A stretch of 64,000 nucleotides of DNA from contig CM106585.1 in the NCBI GenBank assembly GCA_048013815.1, positions 22,940,001-23,004,000 of the forward strand, given 5' to 3'. Position numbers and translations under genes: made by a program. The notes under the pieces were generated by a model. It saw nothing but the letters and a program-made list of their open reading frames with translations. It did not search any database and had not been told where the DNA came from. Positions 29,667 through 42,176 of this stretch are shown here, piece by piece (the first letter of the stretch is position 1; each line of letters opens with the position of its first letter). This DNA is from Setoptus koraiensis (Eukaryota > Animalia > Arthropoda).

Positions 29667-32600
29667 ATGGATATAAATCAAGAGGACTTCTTTCCATTGC
29701 TGGAGAAACTGCTCAGCGACAATGTAGATAAGATACCAATATTGGGCTTAGATAATCTCCAACAAGTGATTCCATATCAGGTGGATCCAGTCTCTTTATT
29801 TGATGTCTCAATACTTGGTGACGTTAGCCGACTTTCTTTCAAGAGGGACTTCTCCACGGGACAACTATTAGGTTTGGAAGAAGAACCCATCAAGCCCGGC
29901 GATGATTTTCACTATGATCTTACAAGCAAATCTTCAGTATCCATGAGGAGGTGCGCAGCTTCAGATAGATCAGTTACTGGTAGTGTGGCTAATATACCAT
30001 TTAGATCACCTGCATTAGAAATAACGAACGTGTCGAAACTCAACAAGGCTTGTGGGCCACAATTCCCCGAATTTCTTTCCGACGAACTTAGCAGAATGGA
30101 AAATGAGCTACCTGGCACCGGTCTGAAATATGTGTTTCCTACAGAAGATCCACTTTTAGAATTGTACGACCTGAAAGATAATCAAGATTTCGATGAGAAT
30201 CTTGAAAAATGGGTCGATGACGAGAGCAAACAATACGACTCTCTGAGTGCTATTTTACACTCCACCAAAGATGATGATCAACCCAGTTCGTCCAAGCTTG
30301 TTTCAGATCCTAAGCCAAAGGATGCAGCGATGGAAAAAGAAGTGCAGAAACTAGTCAGTAGTGTTGTTGATGCGAAAATTACAGAGACTTCACTCGTAGA
30401 AGAAAAAAGTAATGAATTTGCCAAAGTTATCAATATAGCTAATGATCCTGCCGAGGAAATAAAAAATCCGGCAAAAACATACGATTTCAAATTGGATCCT
30501 TTTCAGAAGCAAGCGATTATTCACATGGAAAAATTTTGTAATGTTTTTGTTGCTGCTCATACATCTGCGGGTAAAACAGTTGTCGCTGAGTACGCCATCG
30601 CTATGTCACGAAGATCTATGACAAAAGTTGTCTACACTTCTCCCATCAAAGCTTTGAGCAATCAAAAATATAGAGATTTTTCACTTGAATTCGGAGACGT
30701 GGGCCTCATCACAGGCGATGTTCAAGTCAATCCAGATGCAAGTTGTCTGATTCTGACGACAGAAATTCTTCTGCAGATGCTCGATAACGGATCTGACCTT
30801 ATTAGAGATTTAGAATGGGCAATATTTGATGAAGTGCACTATGTCAACGACGAAGAACGAGGGCACGTGTGGGAACGAATATTTATTATGCTACCGGAAC
30901 ATGTCAACTTGGTCTTGTTGAGTGCAACTGTTCCTAATGTGATTAAATTCGCCGAATGGTTGGGAAGAATTCGAAAAAAACCAACAGTCGTCATAACTAC
31001 TGCCCGCAGACCGGTTCCATTAGAACACTATCTATATACAGGTTCAAATCCAAAAACTATCGATCAAAGGTACAAGTTTATAGACAAGGAATCAAATTTC
31101 GTTAATCATGGGTACGTCATGGCTCTCGAATCCAAAAAGGAGAAACCGAAGCACATTAGAGGCGCTAAAGGAGAAATGCCGAACGCAAGTTTTCACCAAG
31201 AAAAGAATATATATATTACTCTCGTGCGTCATCTGGAAAAACTAAGTCTCTTACCTGTTATTTGTTTCACATTCTCCAGGAAAAGATGCGACTCTAACGC
31301 GCGAATGTTACAATCTTTGGATTTGACCACAGCTGAAGAAAAATCTAGAATACACAGGTTTGTCACTAGATCGTTAGATAGATTCAAAGAAAGTGACAGA
31401 AAGTTGAGACAAGTCCGAAACATAAAGGAAATGTTGAAGAGAGGATTTGGTGTGCATCATTCTGGTGTGCTACCTTTACTTAAAGAAATCACCGAAATAC
31501 TGTTCTGTGACGGATTAGTAAAAGTCCTTTTCGCCACTGAAACTTTTGCCATGGGTGTTAATATGCCTGCTCGTTGTGTGGTCTTCGATAGTATCAAAAA
31601 ACATGACGGGAAGAAAAGAAGGTTCCTCATTCCCTCGGAATATATTCAAATGGCGGGGAGAGCTGGCAGGCGCGGCAAAGATGCCATTGGAACTGTGATA
31701 GTTTTGTGCAAGAATGAAATACCAGAAGCCTCAGACCTTACTGCCATTGCTTTGGGTCAAGCAACTCCATTAGAGTCCAAGTTTCAACTTAAGTATTCCA
31801 TGATTCTAACTCTGCTTAGAGCGAGGCACCATCTTAAAGTAGAGTCTGTAATTGGAAAATCATTCATCGAACATGATAGACAGTCATCGGCCACTCAAAA
31901 CCAGGATCAGCAAAAAACTTTACTCAAACAAGTAAGCTCATTTCGGCAACCAGACTGTGATTCCTGTCTTCAGGGGAAGATGGACGAATTCTGTGAATTT
32001 TATATCAATTTCATGAGTGATGATGACTGTAATCATATGAGGGATTACATATTTCAGAAAGCTATGGTCTCAAACAAACATATTTTGTATGGAAGAACAT
32101 TGCTCGTCATCGGCGGTTTGGAAAATAATCCAGCTGCACTTGGAGTGCTGGTTCAAGTTTTAAAAGATTCCATCCCCCCAAAACTTGATGTTCTGTACTT
32201 GAAAGATTACAATTCTGGCAAGGTTGAATATCGCACTATAGAATATCAAAATGTTCTCTTGATTTTAAAAGAAAAGATAAATGGAAATTGGATAGATATC
32301 TACAAAGAAAAAGATAAATTGAATCAAAGCAAACATATAGTCAAGGTAGCGCAACAGATGAGAAATTACATGCAAACGCTGGCATCACCTTTATCTCTAC
32401 TATCTGCTCCTCACTTAGACCCGTGCAAAGATCTCAAATGCATAGAATTGGAGTTTCACATAGCCCATGATAGATATCAAATAGGTTTCAGAACATTGTC
32501 GAGTTACGAATGTTGGATGTGTCCACAGTTTATTGCGCATTTTGGGTCGTTTTTCAGAAAGCACCTAAATATTCAAAGATTGAATTATATCGACAAACTG

Positions 32601-33302
32601 TTATCGCCTGAAAGTCTCCGTTTTCTCCCTGAGTACAAAATGAAATTGAAGGTTCTACGTGAGTTAAATTATATCAACGAAGAGAATGTGCCCGAGCTGA
32701 AGGCAAAAGTAGCATGCCTCATGTCTGTTCATGAGTTAATAATAACCGAAATGCTAACAGAGAATTTGCTCAGTGATTGCACTCCACCGGAAATCGCGGC
32801 TCTTTTGTCTATATTTGTGTATCAAGGAAAGAAAACTGAAGACGAAGTTGACCAATGTGATAAGCCACCTAAATCAAAACTAGAGAAGAAATGTGAAGCA
32901 ATAATCAACATAGCAAGGAAGATCGGTAACATTCAGAAAACTCATGGACTCGACCAATGCGTAGAAGATTTTGTAGATACATTAAAATTTGGTTTAGTTG
33001 AGGTAGTTCATGATTGGGCATTGGGAAAATGCTTCAATGACATCTTGAAGATGACAGACGAGCAGGAAGGTATCATTGTTAGGTGCATACAGCGCTTGGA
33101 CGAAGTATTGCGTGCAGTGAAAGCAGCTTGTAAGTTAATTGGGTATCCAGATATTGGCGAAAAAATAGAGATTGCCAATCAGTCGATCAACAGGGATATA
33201 GTTTTTGCCGCCAGCCTTTATGTTAGTGCATCCCAAGATGATTTGGAGGCAAGAGAGATTGGCCCCACGAATGAGGAGCTCGATGAACAGTCTCAAGAAT
33301 AA
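29667..33302 (+). CDS. SKIV2L: Ski2 DExH-box RNA helicase, single exon
   Basis: AHTSAGKT, DEVH, LSAT and QMAGRAGRRG motifs, Ski2 N-terminal extension, C-terminal DSHCT (RDIVFAASLY). Confidence 0.95.
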   Translation: MDINQEDFFPLLEKLLSDNVDKIPILGLDNLQQVIPYQVDPVSLFDVSILGDVSRLSFKRDFSTGQLLGLEEEPIKPGDDFHYDLTSKSSVSMRRCAASDRSVTGSVANIPFRSPALEITNVSKLNKACGPQFPEFLSDELSRMENELPGTGLKYVFPTEDPLLELYDLKDNQDFDENLEKWVDDESKQYDSLSAILHSTKDDDQPSSSKLVSDPKPKDAAMEKEVQKLVSSVVDAKITETSLVEEKSNEFAKVINIANDPAEEIKNPAKTYDFKLDPFQKQAIIHMEKFCNVFVAAHTSAGKTVVAEYAIAMSRRSMTKVVYTSPIKALSNQKYRDFSLEFGDVGLITGDVQVNPDASCLILTTEILLQMLDNGSDLIRDLEWAIFDEVHYVNDEERGHVWERIFIMLPEHVNLVLLSATVPNVIKFAEWLGRIRKKPTVVITTARRPVPLEHYLYTGSNPKTIDQRYKFIDKESNFVNHGYVMALESKKEKPKHIRGAKGEMPNASFHQEKNIYITLVRHLEKLSLLPVICFTFSRKRCDSNARMLQSLDLTTAEEKSRIHRFVTRSLDRFKESDRKLRQVRNIKEMLKRGFGVHHSGVLPLLKEITEILFCDGLVKVLFATETFAMGVNMPARCVVFDSIKKHDGKKRRFLIPSEYIQMAGRAGRRGKDAIGTVIVLCKNEIPEASDLTAIALGQATPLESKFQLKYSMILTLLRARHHLKVESVIGKSFIEHDRQSSATQNQDQQKTLLKQVSSFRQPDCDSCLQGKMDEFCEFYINFMSDDDCNHMRDYIFQKAMVSNKHILYGRTLLVIGGLENNPAALGVLVQVLKDSIPPKLDVLYLKDYNSGKVEYRTIEYQNVLLILKEKINGNWIDIYKEKDKLNQSKHIVKVAQQMRNYMQTLASPLSLLSAPHLDPCKDLKCIELEFHIAHDRYQIGFRTLSSYECWMCPQFIAHFGSFFRKHLNIQRLNYIDKLLSPESLRFLPEYKMKLKVLRELNYINEENVPELKAKVACLMSVHELIITEMLTENLLSDCTPPEIAALLSIFVYQGKKTEDEVDQCDKPPKSKLEKKCEAIINIARKIGNIQKTHGLDQCVEDFVDTLKFGLVEVVHDWALGKCFNDILKMTDEQEGIIVRCIQRLDEVLRAVKAACKLIGYPDIGEKIEIANQSINRDIVFAASLYVSASQDDLEAREIGPTNEELDEQSQE

Positions 33303-33899
33303 AATTTGTCTCTTGTACATTTGTAAATATGGTCAGAGAGGGAAGCTTTTGATTGTCAGAACTGATTATGAGGTCATAATAAAACTTTTGAACTTCTTTT
33401 TCTTTCCATCGTTCCTCATGATGAGATCGATACGCACCGGACGTGTGGTTAATGCTTATCAATGGCAACCCTGAACAGCGACATAAAACAGCGATGTTCG
33501 CCTGAAGGGAATATGTCGGAAGGGAGGTTCGTGGTCACTACAGGGGCCTGGCGATACCCTTCCCAACACGCAAACCTTTCAAGATTCTTTCAAAAAAAAA
33601 AAAATCATCACCTATTGTCTATGTGACCAATAGAGGGGCGCAATGAAGACTAGCCTATGAAGGAAATCATGCAAATGTAATTTTCTAATGGGAGCCTCGC
33701 ATCAAACTTTTTAAAAACCAACAAAAAAAAACATTAAAGTTTAACAGCAACCCTGACATACATCATTATTCTGAATAATTGTTTATCTGCTATCATTGTA
33801 GTTTACCATATTACCATGATAAACTAATAATAAGCTTATCATGTCAAGTTAAAGCCGAAGAGAAACAAAACGATCGCGTATCATTATGGCGAAATAAAT

Positions 33900-35222
33900 C
33901 AGTTTCGTAGAACCTGCTGAGGCACAAACCAAGACTAATCCCTCGGGAAAGGAATTTTATGAGCTTTTGGTATGAGCTGAGTTTAACAGAGAAATCTGCA
34001 GCAGCGTGGTAAAATTCTCTTCTTTTTTCTCTCGTACATGTAGTATTAATTACAACAGTAAGGATGAAAATGGTTCTAATAGTAATAATCCTATTCTCCT
34101 ATGTTTTAGGTCGTTTGCTCAACAGAGACGATAAATACAATCAAGATGACTGATCTATGCTTGTATGCGCCAAAACCCACTAAATTCGCATGATTCCCGA
34201 TTAGCGGATTTCTTAAGAGTTTAGAATTATCAAAAGAAGCACTCAAGCTTGACATGCAAGATCCGCTCAGCTACTGCAACCTAGCCAGAGTTTACATGTG
34301 CCTCTTCTTCACTTGAGAATGCGCTGATGACTCGCTGTTTAGGATGTCTCGGTCAGCTTTTGAGGAAGTCATTACAATGGAAAATCCAGAGAGTACGAAG
34401 AAATCAATTGTCAAGGCTATTAAACATTCGAAAGATAAGTCAACCACCATGAACGACGTAACGAAACCACTACAAGAGCAATCTGATTTCTTGTTTAACT
34501 ATGCAACAGTTTTAATCTATATGCAAAACTTTCAATTAGCTGTTGATCCTCTAGAAGAAGAGTCGAATATCGAGACGAAATGAGGTCAACCAAAAGAGAG
34601 ACTTGAATCCCTGGAGGACTATTCAAGGCAAATCAATCTTACTTTGACCGACATAGGGAAAAACTCCAAAAAGTCATCAAGACGATACAAGAAAGTTGTG
34701 GACACTCTGGCAAATGTATCTCAAATCGAAAGACATAATTGTTGATGAGCAACGTTTGCGAAGTGAGACTTCACTCAGTAACTTTGAAAACAACCAACAT
34801 CGGTAAACTCGTCAACGAAAAAATTACTCCCGAACAGACCAATCATAGCACAAGCAACGTTACTGGAGAAGGTTATATCAGTATTAACATTTTACATATC
34901 AAGCTTTACTATTCATCATAGTTACAATCGAGCTATGTATCTTACTATTATCGCCATTGATGAGGATTTTTAATTCATAGTGGTAGCAATCCACAACTTA
35001 TCTGCTCAAATCTCACCCAGCAATCGAGATGTGTTCACTATAATAGAACCAAAGGTCGATACTATTGAAGTAAGTTTCAAGAAATCTAAAGAGTCCATCT
35101 CATACAATAGAATTAACATAAAACAATTCAAATACTTCTATATCAATAGTAAACGAATATCGTTAGACCAAGTAGTCATATCACAAATCAAATTTTCAAT
35201 GATGGATGACCAATCTCAATAA
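33900..35222 (+). pseudogene. TTC5: Decayed TTC5-like gene (TPR repeats plus OB fold)
   Basis: Reading through stops and frameshifts gives SLELSKEALKLDMQDPLSYCNLARVYMCLFFT*, SDFLFNYATVLIYMQNF, LLEKVISVL, IIAIDEDF*FIVVAIHNL and FTIIEPKV..YFYINSK. These fall colinear with TTC5 motifs recalled from memory. In-frame stops at 34314, 34581 and 34971. The 5' boundary is approximate. Confidence 0.7.
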
Positions 35223-36118
35223 AGTCAGACCAGGGCATGATAGTAGATATTAGCACCATTAAATATTTTTTTTCTACAACTTCAACTTATTTTATTAAAC
35301 CATGACTGAATGTGAGTTAATGAGGAAATCAAAATATCTAAAATCCAATCATCTATTGTCATGTTGGTACTTACTGTTCGAGCCCTCCTCTTCTCTCTGA
35401 AGTTGTGTACAAACTACTCGATGAGGCGTTAGAATTCAAACTGAAGAAAGATCCAATATGACGAGTATGGTAGAAAGACAACAACTAATGCGGGTTTTTA
35501 TTGATAGGAGACTAACACATGCTATTTAGAATAAATGATTGAGTCATTGAGCTAGTGAATTACATAGACAGATACAGTAAAGAAAGATTGTCAGCAAGGA
35601 GAGACAGATCTTTGATGAGAGGTTCACCTTTAGTTAGTGCCTTTATAATTAAACTGCAAGAGAGGGAGAGTGGGTGAAAGAAAAACCGGAACTGCGCAGG
35701 TTTTTCTTGCGTGCACCTCTTCCGGCGAACAATCGGCAAATGGCAACTAAATAAGGCTCTTTTGTATAGCGGCTATACCATGGCCCATTCTTCATTGTAC
35801 TAGCAGTATTTGCCGATAATATGTGTGGGTGTGGGGATAGAGAGAGAGAGGAGGAGAGAGGCTGGATTTGGAAACAGCCTAGAGAGCGTGACTGCAACAT
35901 GTCTTCTTTTTTTGTGTTCTGACTAGATGATAGCTTGATGAATGAAATGTCTCCATTTTTGTTCTTTATGTGAACAAATGAGCACCTTTCGTATTGATTG
36001 TCAACATGATTGTTTCTTCTTATCATTAATAATGTATGATGAATAAGTTGTTACAGGTTATTCTTATCTTGGCTTGCTCTTGAGGCAATGCTTGTGTGAT
36101 TAATCAGGCAGCAAATGA

Positions 36119-37108
36119 TTAGACTCCAAATAAGAAACTTGGATTCGCTTGTAAGCAAATCTTCTGATTCAAAGGTTCCGGGCTGTCGGTCCAATACATT
36201 AGATAAAAGTTGCACATCTCATCTTGGCCTGTCATACCAATATTAATAACACGACCCATTGTATTGTTGTAATTACAATTAGCAAATATCATGTCGCCCT
36301 TGGTTAATGACAGATTTTTGTTCTTGATTGGATAAAACATTTGAGGGAGTTGAGGATTTCCCTCACCAATGAGTGTATTTACACCATCCTTTGTCAACTT
36401 GTACCCACTAACCAATGTGCCCAGCTTATGAGTATGTGTTCTAAATCTAAACGGGTGTATTGTCTTGTCCTCTGCTATCGTGCAAGATATCTCATGTTTA
36501 CTTCGTCCTTTTAGAACGCGACCATAAGATGCCAGCAATAAAACTCCTGCTTGCTTTTGAATACTTGGATCACTTGCTGGCACTGTGTTTATGAATATAC
36601 CAGAATTGTCTGTAAGCATGGGATTCTTAGCGAACATTTTTGTTGATCCGTAATGTACTTGCAACACAATAAAGTTTATCTTGCTTTGCCCGCCAATCCT
36701 AAAACCAACTCCTTTGGGCAGCTCGATTGATGGGGCATCCATGGCCCAGCTAAACAAAATGGATTGTTCGGTGCCTGGGGCACATATCGGGCCCTGTTCG
36801 TAACTGCTAAATCTGTCCTCTGAGGTGTGCATCTCGCCGCACTCCCATACGTAATGGGGACTATCGCGTTCTACAACACCTGGCCATTGGCATCCATACA
36901 TGAGTATATGGTGAACTTTGTCCGCGGTGGCGTTCGGTGTGAAACCAACAATATATTCGTCTTGATTTTGTGACAATCTATGCGCCATACACAAATAGTG
37001 TTCATCATGATCAGGTCTAACATTGGGCAGATTAACGCGTATTTCACGTGCATCGATGGCGCTCGATGCAACGATTATTGATAACAGCAGTATTAACATC
37101 AGCGACAT
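36119..37108 (-). CDS. Phm: Monofunctional peptidylglycine alpha-hydroxylating monooxygenase
   Basis: Signal peptide; copper ligands VHHIL, RTHTH and DEMCNFY; no PAL domain, which is the arthropod-type architecture. Confidence 0.95.
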   Translation of the reverse strand: MSLMLILLLSIIVASSAIDAREIRVNLPNVRPDHDEHYLCMAHRLSQNQDEYIVGFTPNATADKVHHILMYGCQWPGVVERDSPHYVWECGEMHTSEDRFSSYEQGPICAPGTEQSILFSWAMDAPSIELPKGVGFRIGGQSKINFIVLQVHYGSTKMFAKNPMLTDNSGIFINTVPASDPSIQKQAGVLLLASYGRVLKGRSKHEISCTIAEDKTIHPFRFRTHTHKLGTLVSGYKLTKDGVNTLIGEGNPQLPQMFYPIKNKNLSLTKGDMIFANCNYNNTMGRVINIGMTGQDEMCNFYLMYWTDSPEPLNQKICLQANPSFLFGV

Positions 37109-38196
37109 GATGAAGTTGCCCCCGTTCCCATTTATAAATGATACGATATAGGATATATTTTTGTTTTATTGTTGTTGCACTTGGTTACTGGACTGACTTG
37201 TTTACTATGATTGACTTGTTTAATATGGGCAAAATTAATTCACAATGGGAAGAGCAATATTGACACTAATCAATTATTGATTAGTGCGTTTAGTCTATAC
37301 TGTACAGTGTACAGTGTATGCAGTGTTGCATAAGTTGCGTTAGTCAAATTTGTTCGATTATGATCAATTCACGTGTAAGGTGGCGCAAGAACTTTGTGTG
37401 TGTGTGTGTGTCGCAAGTATCGAACATTGCAACACTATCACAACCACAACAACAACAAGCTTGCCATCGTAACAGCAGCCACTACGTCACGTTGAGTTGA
37501 ACACCAACGTGCTGCTGCCACTACCGATTTTATTTCTAAACAGACACTCGGCGCGGCATTTGCAGTACCGATTTCGAGTGCCAGAAGGCGCACTGAAAGG
37601 CAGCCTGGTCTAGGCACTTGCAAATGGTGGATTTGATTGAACCACATCCTCTGGTGTGCATTCTCATACTAACCACCCCACACTGTACCAGTGGTAGTAA
37701 AGTAACCACACTACATTGTGCTGTGCATACACACAACGCGAGTGTTCTCAATGCGAAACTCGAGCGCCATTCCACCGAATTCTCGAACGCCACACGTCTC
37801 ATGTGATGATGTCTTGCCTACAACTACCGCTTCGCCTGTGCGGCCTATAATGGAATGCGTTCAATAACCCGCATCAACCAACTTGTGTCCACTATGCGCA
37901 CCCTCACAAGACCTCACAAGAGGGAAATTTAAAGTTTGTTGTGCAAAAAATGCCTCGAAATGCCAATATTCATGAATATTCAACTCAATATTCACCAGTT
38001 CAAAGTTGGCGCTCAAATTGGTGAATAATGGTGTAGAATATTTTGAAGCGAATCACATCAACAGCTGACCGTTGTTAATCCGTAATAGAAAATAAACTTA
38101 CACAACTTGTTAAAGTTCCTCACATTATTAGTTATACAATTATCGACATTAACATATTCAATGTTCATGCAATCAATTTCCTAAAAAACTACCACT

Positions 38197-39462
38197 ATGG
38201 CTGCAGATGATGAATTTGATTTTCCATACTGTCACGAAGTTTCTAAATATGAACAATTGAACAAGATAGGTCAAGGCACTTTTGGTGAGGTTTTCAAGGC
38301 TAGAGATAAGAAGACAAGAAAACTGGTTGCATTGAAGAAGGTCCTAATGGACAGTGAGAGGGAAGGATTCCCCATAACAGCTTTAAGAGAAATTAGGATA
38401 TTGCAATTACTCAAAGATCAGAACATAGTAAATCTAATTGAAATTTGTCGATCAGCTAACAGCCCAAGAGGTAGAGCCAACTTCTATCTGGTTTTCGATT
38501 TTTGCGAACATGACCTAGCTGGTCTTCTAATTAACAATAATGTGATATTTTCCCTAGAGAGCATAAAAGCAATTATGAAGCAACTTCTACATGGCTTGTT
38601 CTTCATTCATAAAAACAAAATACTACATCGAGATATGAAAGCTGCCAACATACTGATAAATAAAAATGGCAGTCTCAAAATTGCAGATTTTGGTCTTGCT
38701 CGAGCCTATTCAGTACCCCTGGATGAAACAGACGGAAATAAAAAAGATAGCCTCAAAGTCAAACTCCCTAGATATACAAACAGAGTGGTTACACTTTGGT
38801 ATAGACCACCGGAGCTTCTACTTGGAGAGAGAGCTTACGCAACAGCTGTAGATATCTGGGGTGTTGGATGTATAATGGCAGAGATGTGGACGAGAAGCCC
38901 GATCATGCAAGGTAGTTCTGAAATTAATCAATTACATTTGATAACTGGATTGTGTGGAGAAATAACACCGGAGGTTTGGCCAGGTTGCGAAAAGCTAGCC
39001 CTGTATGAAAAGCTAAAAAACGAATGTGCTAATAACAAGCCACGTGTCTTAAAAAATCGTTTAAGCAGAGAAGTAAAGCACGAAGAAGCTCTGAACCTCA
39101 TAGATGCGATGCTTACCTTGGATCCCAACAAAAGGATTGGTGCAGAAAAAGCCTTAGACCACGGGTTTTTCTGGAGTGAACCTATACTCATTTCGACGGA
39201 TGCCATAATTCAGCGTACCGATCACCTAAAGCCATGTAGGGATCAGCTATCCAAAATGTTAGCAAAGTATAATAATTCTATGTTTGAGTTCACAGCTCAA
39301 CGCAACAGACATCCTCGTCACGCTCCACACCCACAGGGCAACTTTCCTCAACGCGGAGCCCCATCTCAATATCGCCACGGGTACCACCCACATAGGACCA
39401 CGAATCAAAGACCAAACCAAAACAACAACAACGATGGTCAATACCGGGACCATATATTTTAG
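38197..39462 (+). CDS. CDK9: Cyclin-dependent kinase 9 (P-TEFb kinase)
   Basis: PITALRE signature, HRDMKAAN, ADFGLAR, YTNRVVTLWYRPPELLLG. Confidence 0.97.
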   Translation: MAADDEFDFPYCHEVSKYEQLNKIGQGTFGEVFKARDKKTRKLVALKKVLMDSEREGFPITALREIRILQLLKDQNIVNLIEICRSANSPRGRANFYLVFDFCEHDLAGLLINNNVIFSLESIKAIMKQLLHGLFFIHKNKILHRDMKAANILINKNGSLKIADFGLARAYSVPLDETDGNKKDSLKVKLPRYTNRVVTLWYRPPELLLGERAYATAVDIWGVGCIMAEMWTRSPIMQGSSEINQLHLITGLCGEITPEVWPGCEKLALYEKLKNECANNKPRVLKNRLSREVKHEEALNLIDAMLTLDPNKRIGAEKALDHGFFWSEPILISTDAIIQRTDHLKPCRDQLSKMLAKYNNSMFEFTAQRNRHPRHAPHPQGNFPQRGAPSQYRHGYHPHRTTNQRPNQNNNNDGQYRDHIF

Positions 39463-39760
39463 TCTGCTTTCGAAAATATTTATTGCTCGCCTCGTAAAAA
39501 TCCGTATTTAAACTTGGATCTCCTATTGTGCTTGAATAATGACAATATTCAACTAATGAACGTTTACGTTAATAATAGATACTGAATCACTTCCATGAAT
39601 TTTCATGCTGTAAATAAAGGCAATTCAGTTGTTGCTCAAAAAAGTGTCCCGTAGGTGATATTAAACATATGTGAAATCCGACAAGGCGGAATCTTTAATT
39701 TTTTATTTTTTTGTAGGTGCTATCATTTGTTAGTTATTCAAAAAATCATGATCGCTGTTT

Positions 39761-41518
39761 TTAGTCTTCATTGTCCCACGCAGCGCCTTTACTCGGAGGC
39801 GGCTTGGGACCTTGAGCAGGTTTAGCACAAATGATCTGATCAACTTGTAGAATGGTGCAAGCTGCATGCACTGCAAATTTCAGCCCCCAATACTTAGCCA
39901 GATAAAGATCGTACAATTTGGCAAGGGTCGAATCAATAGTCGAGGGAGAATCTTTATCGATGTCCAGACCGGCATATTTTTGAGTTTGATGTGACGCTAA
40001 CAGAGTAGTTAAAGCTTCATTCGATTTGATACCTGAATTTTCCGCAATAGCCCCGACGAGAGACAGTAGCGCTTCACCAAACTTGGCCACAGCGTATTGC
40101 TCGAGACCAGTGAGGGTTCTAGAGAATTCAGCTAATAGACGAGCAAGCTCAACTTCTGTAGCACCGGCTCCAGCTAGTAGCTTTCCATCTCTTGTGATCA
40201 TTTTGAATACGTTGATGCCATCGTCTAAAGCTCGCTCAACATCGTCCATAATATTGTCAGTAGATCCACGCAGGACAATGGTGGCAATCTTAGATTTTTC
40301 TTCGTTCAACTTGAAAATGACTACAGGTGTGTCGCCTACCTCGTCGACAGTTATTTCATCGCAGAATCCGGCTTCATCGGGTGTAGGTGGTCTAAGTTTA
40401 AGTAGCGCTGAGGCACCAATTGAACGACATAGACGTTTGACATCAAATTTTGAGCTCAAACGTAAAGCTGTCAATTTATACTTGTCACAGTAATGGAGAC
40501 CCAATTCGCCAAATTTTGCACCAGAAACTACAACTTTAACTCCCGAGTCAGCAATGGCTTTGATTTGTGATTCTAGAAGCTCCTCTTCGCCTCTTGAAAA
40601 ATTTACTAATTCATCAGCGCTTTTTATGAGGACGGTGCCTTTTGTTTCTGGAGCAGCGGTATCGACCGGACATGTGTAAACAGCGATCTTGGCATTGCTA
40701 ACACTCGAGAAATTTCCCTCCACGTGTTTCTTGAACACCATACCATGCACTACGTGGGACAGATTGATACCTCCTCCCAGTATCTTACAAACTCTTATGT
40801 TGTCAACATTAAATGATATTTGTTGATCGGGTAGATCACCGCTGGTTTGAGCTGCAGGAAGTACCGATATGCAAGCCTCCGCAACAAGTTTGGCTAAAAA
40901 CTCCTCATTCCCATACTGTTTGCTCATGATTGCTGTCTTGAGTGCTGGTAAGACTTCATCCAGATTACGAATATCTTTAATTTCATATGCTATGAGCTGT
41001 GACAAATATTGAGTTGTGATCTTTTCTAATGCCAGCTCATAACCATCAATTATCTCTGTTGGTTTAAGTCCCATTCTGATCAATTCACCGGCTCGATCAA
41101 GCAAGGCGCCCGACATTTGCATGACAAAGTTACTACCATCTCCGATCTGAAATATAAAACGTTAGTTAGAATCATGTTAGTTTTTTTATGTAAAAGAGAT
41201 AGGATTGCACTTTTAAGTTAAACCACTTACTTCTTGTTCCTGCATTTGAGCAGCCATTACGATTATCTTGGCTGCTGGGTGTTCTATTTGTAGCTCGCGT
41301 AAGATAGTTCCAGCGTCACTGGTGACAAATAATTTGTCCAGGTGATTGACAATCATCTTGTTCAATCCTTTTGGTCCGTATGCTGATTTGAGTGTTGAAC
41401 ATAATTCTGTACAAGCCTCAATATTACGTAAAACCGCCTCATCGATGCCTCTGAAGTATTTGGATCCCTCTTTCATCATCGATTGGAAGCCGGGCGGCCT
41501 GGGTACTGGTAAAGCCAT
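39761..41518 (-). CDS. CCT8: T-complex protein 1 subunit theta; two exons (41518-41231 and 41146-39761), 84-bp intron, about 557 aa
   Basis: MALPVPRPPGFQSMMKEG N-terminus. A GTAAGT..TTTCAG phase-0 intron (41230-41147) joins QEQE to IGDGSNFV. Confidence 0.96.
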
Positions 41519-41869
41519 ATTTGAGTTGATTTTTTAATTCTATATACTCCAGATCAATAGTAAAATATATTGTACCAAGTGTTACAATTCAATAAGAAAG
41601 TGGGACCAGTGAGAATAATTGTTAATTTATCAAATGATATTATGTGATGCTACAGATTTTTTATGGGAGTGGACATGATAATAAATCAGACATGCAAAAC
41701 ACAGAGAATGGCTGCATCTGAAATGGAGAAAAACGTGCTCAAATCGTTCTCCTCACGGTTGCGCCTGCGCATTGCTCAATATATATTTGAAGTCTACGAA
41801 GCGCGAAATCGAACTGAAATGTTGTTTCAAACAACTTTGTAACAAAAAGATTTGTTGATCTAATTAACT

Positions 41870-42176
41870 TCTTTCGAAAACAAACTGGATCTATTCATAG
41901 GTAAGCCACAGAATCTCAGGTAGCATCTCTTAGCCGACCAAAATCAATTCTTTCTTCGGAAAGAAAAACATTCACATTGTTTAGCATTCAGTTATCAACA
42001 ACAAGTCAGCAAGTCAGGATTCACCACACAATCATGGGAGAGAGCATAACTATTTGATGAGAATTAAGATTTGTTACCGAGGATCATCACCAGACGTTTT
42101 GTTTGTTTCATGAGCAAACCAAGCATCAGACATTTCTAGCATGCTTCAGTATCATGAACTCGCTTTTTTTAGTTAA
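41870..42176 (+). pseudogene. Decayed fragment of the POLRMT 3' end, co-duplicated with V-ATPase a
   Basis: CAGTTATCAACAACAAG matches POLRMT CAGTTATCACAACAATT. Terminal TTTTTTAGTTAA matches the POLRMT stop region, and the last frame ends ..AFFS* versus ..YFFS*. The left boundary is uncertain. Confidence 0.6.

Noticed and set aside
34314-34583. In-frame TGA at Trp/Gly positions suggesting recoding or an alternative genetic code
   Set aside because: Intact neighbours (UTP4, V-ATPase a) use TGA as a normal stop, and the same region also has TAA stops and frameshifts.
35649-36026. 125-aa ORF downstream of Phm
   Set aside because: No homology, includes a CT microsatellite translation, and most likely lies in the Phm 3' UTR.
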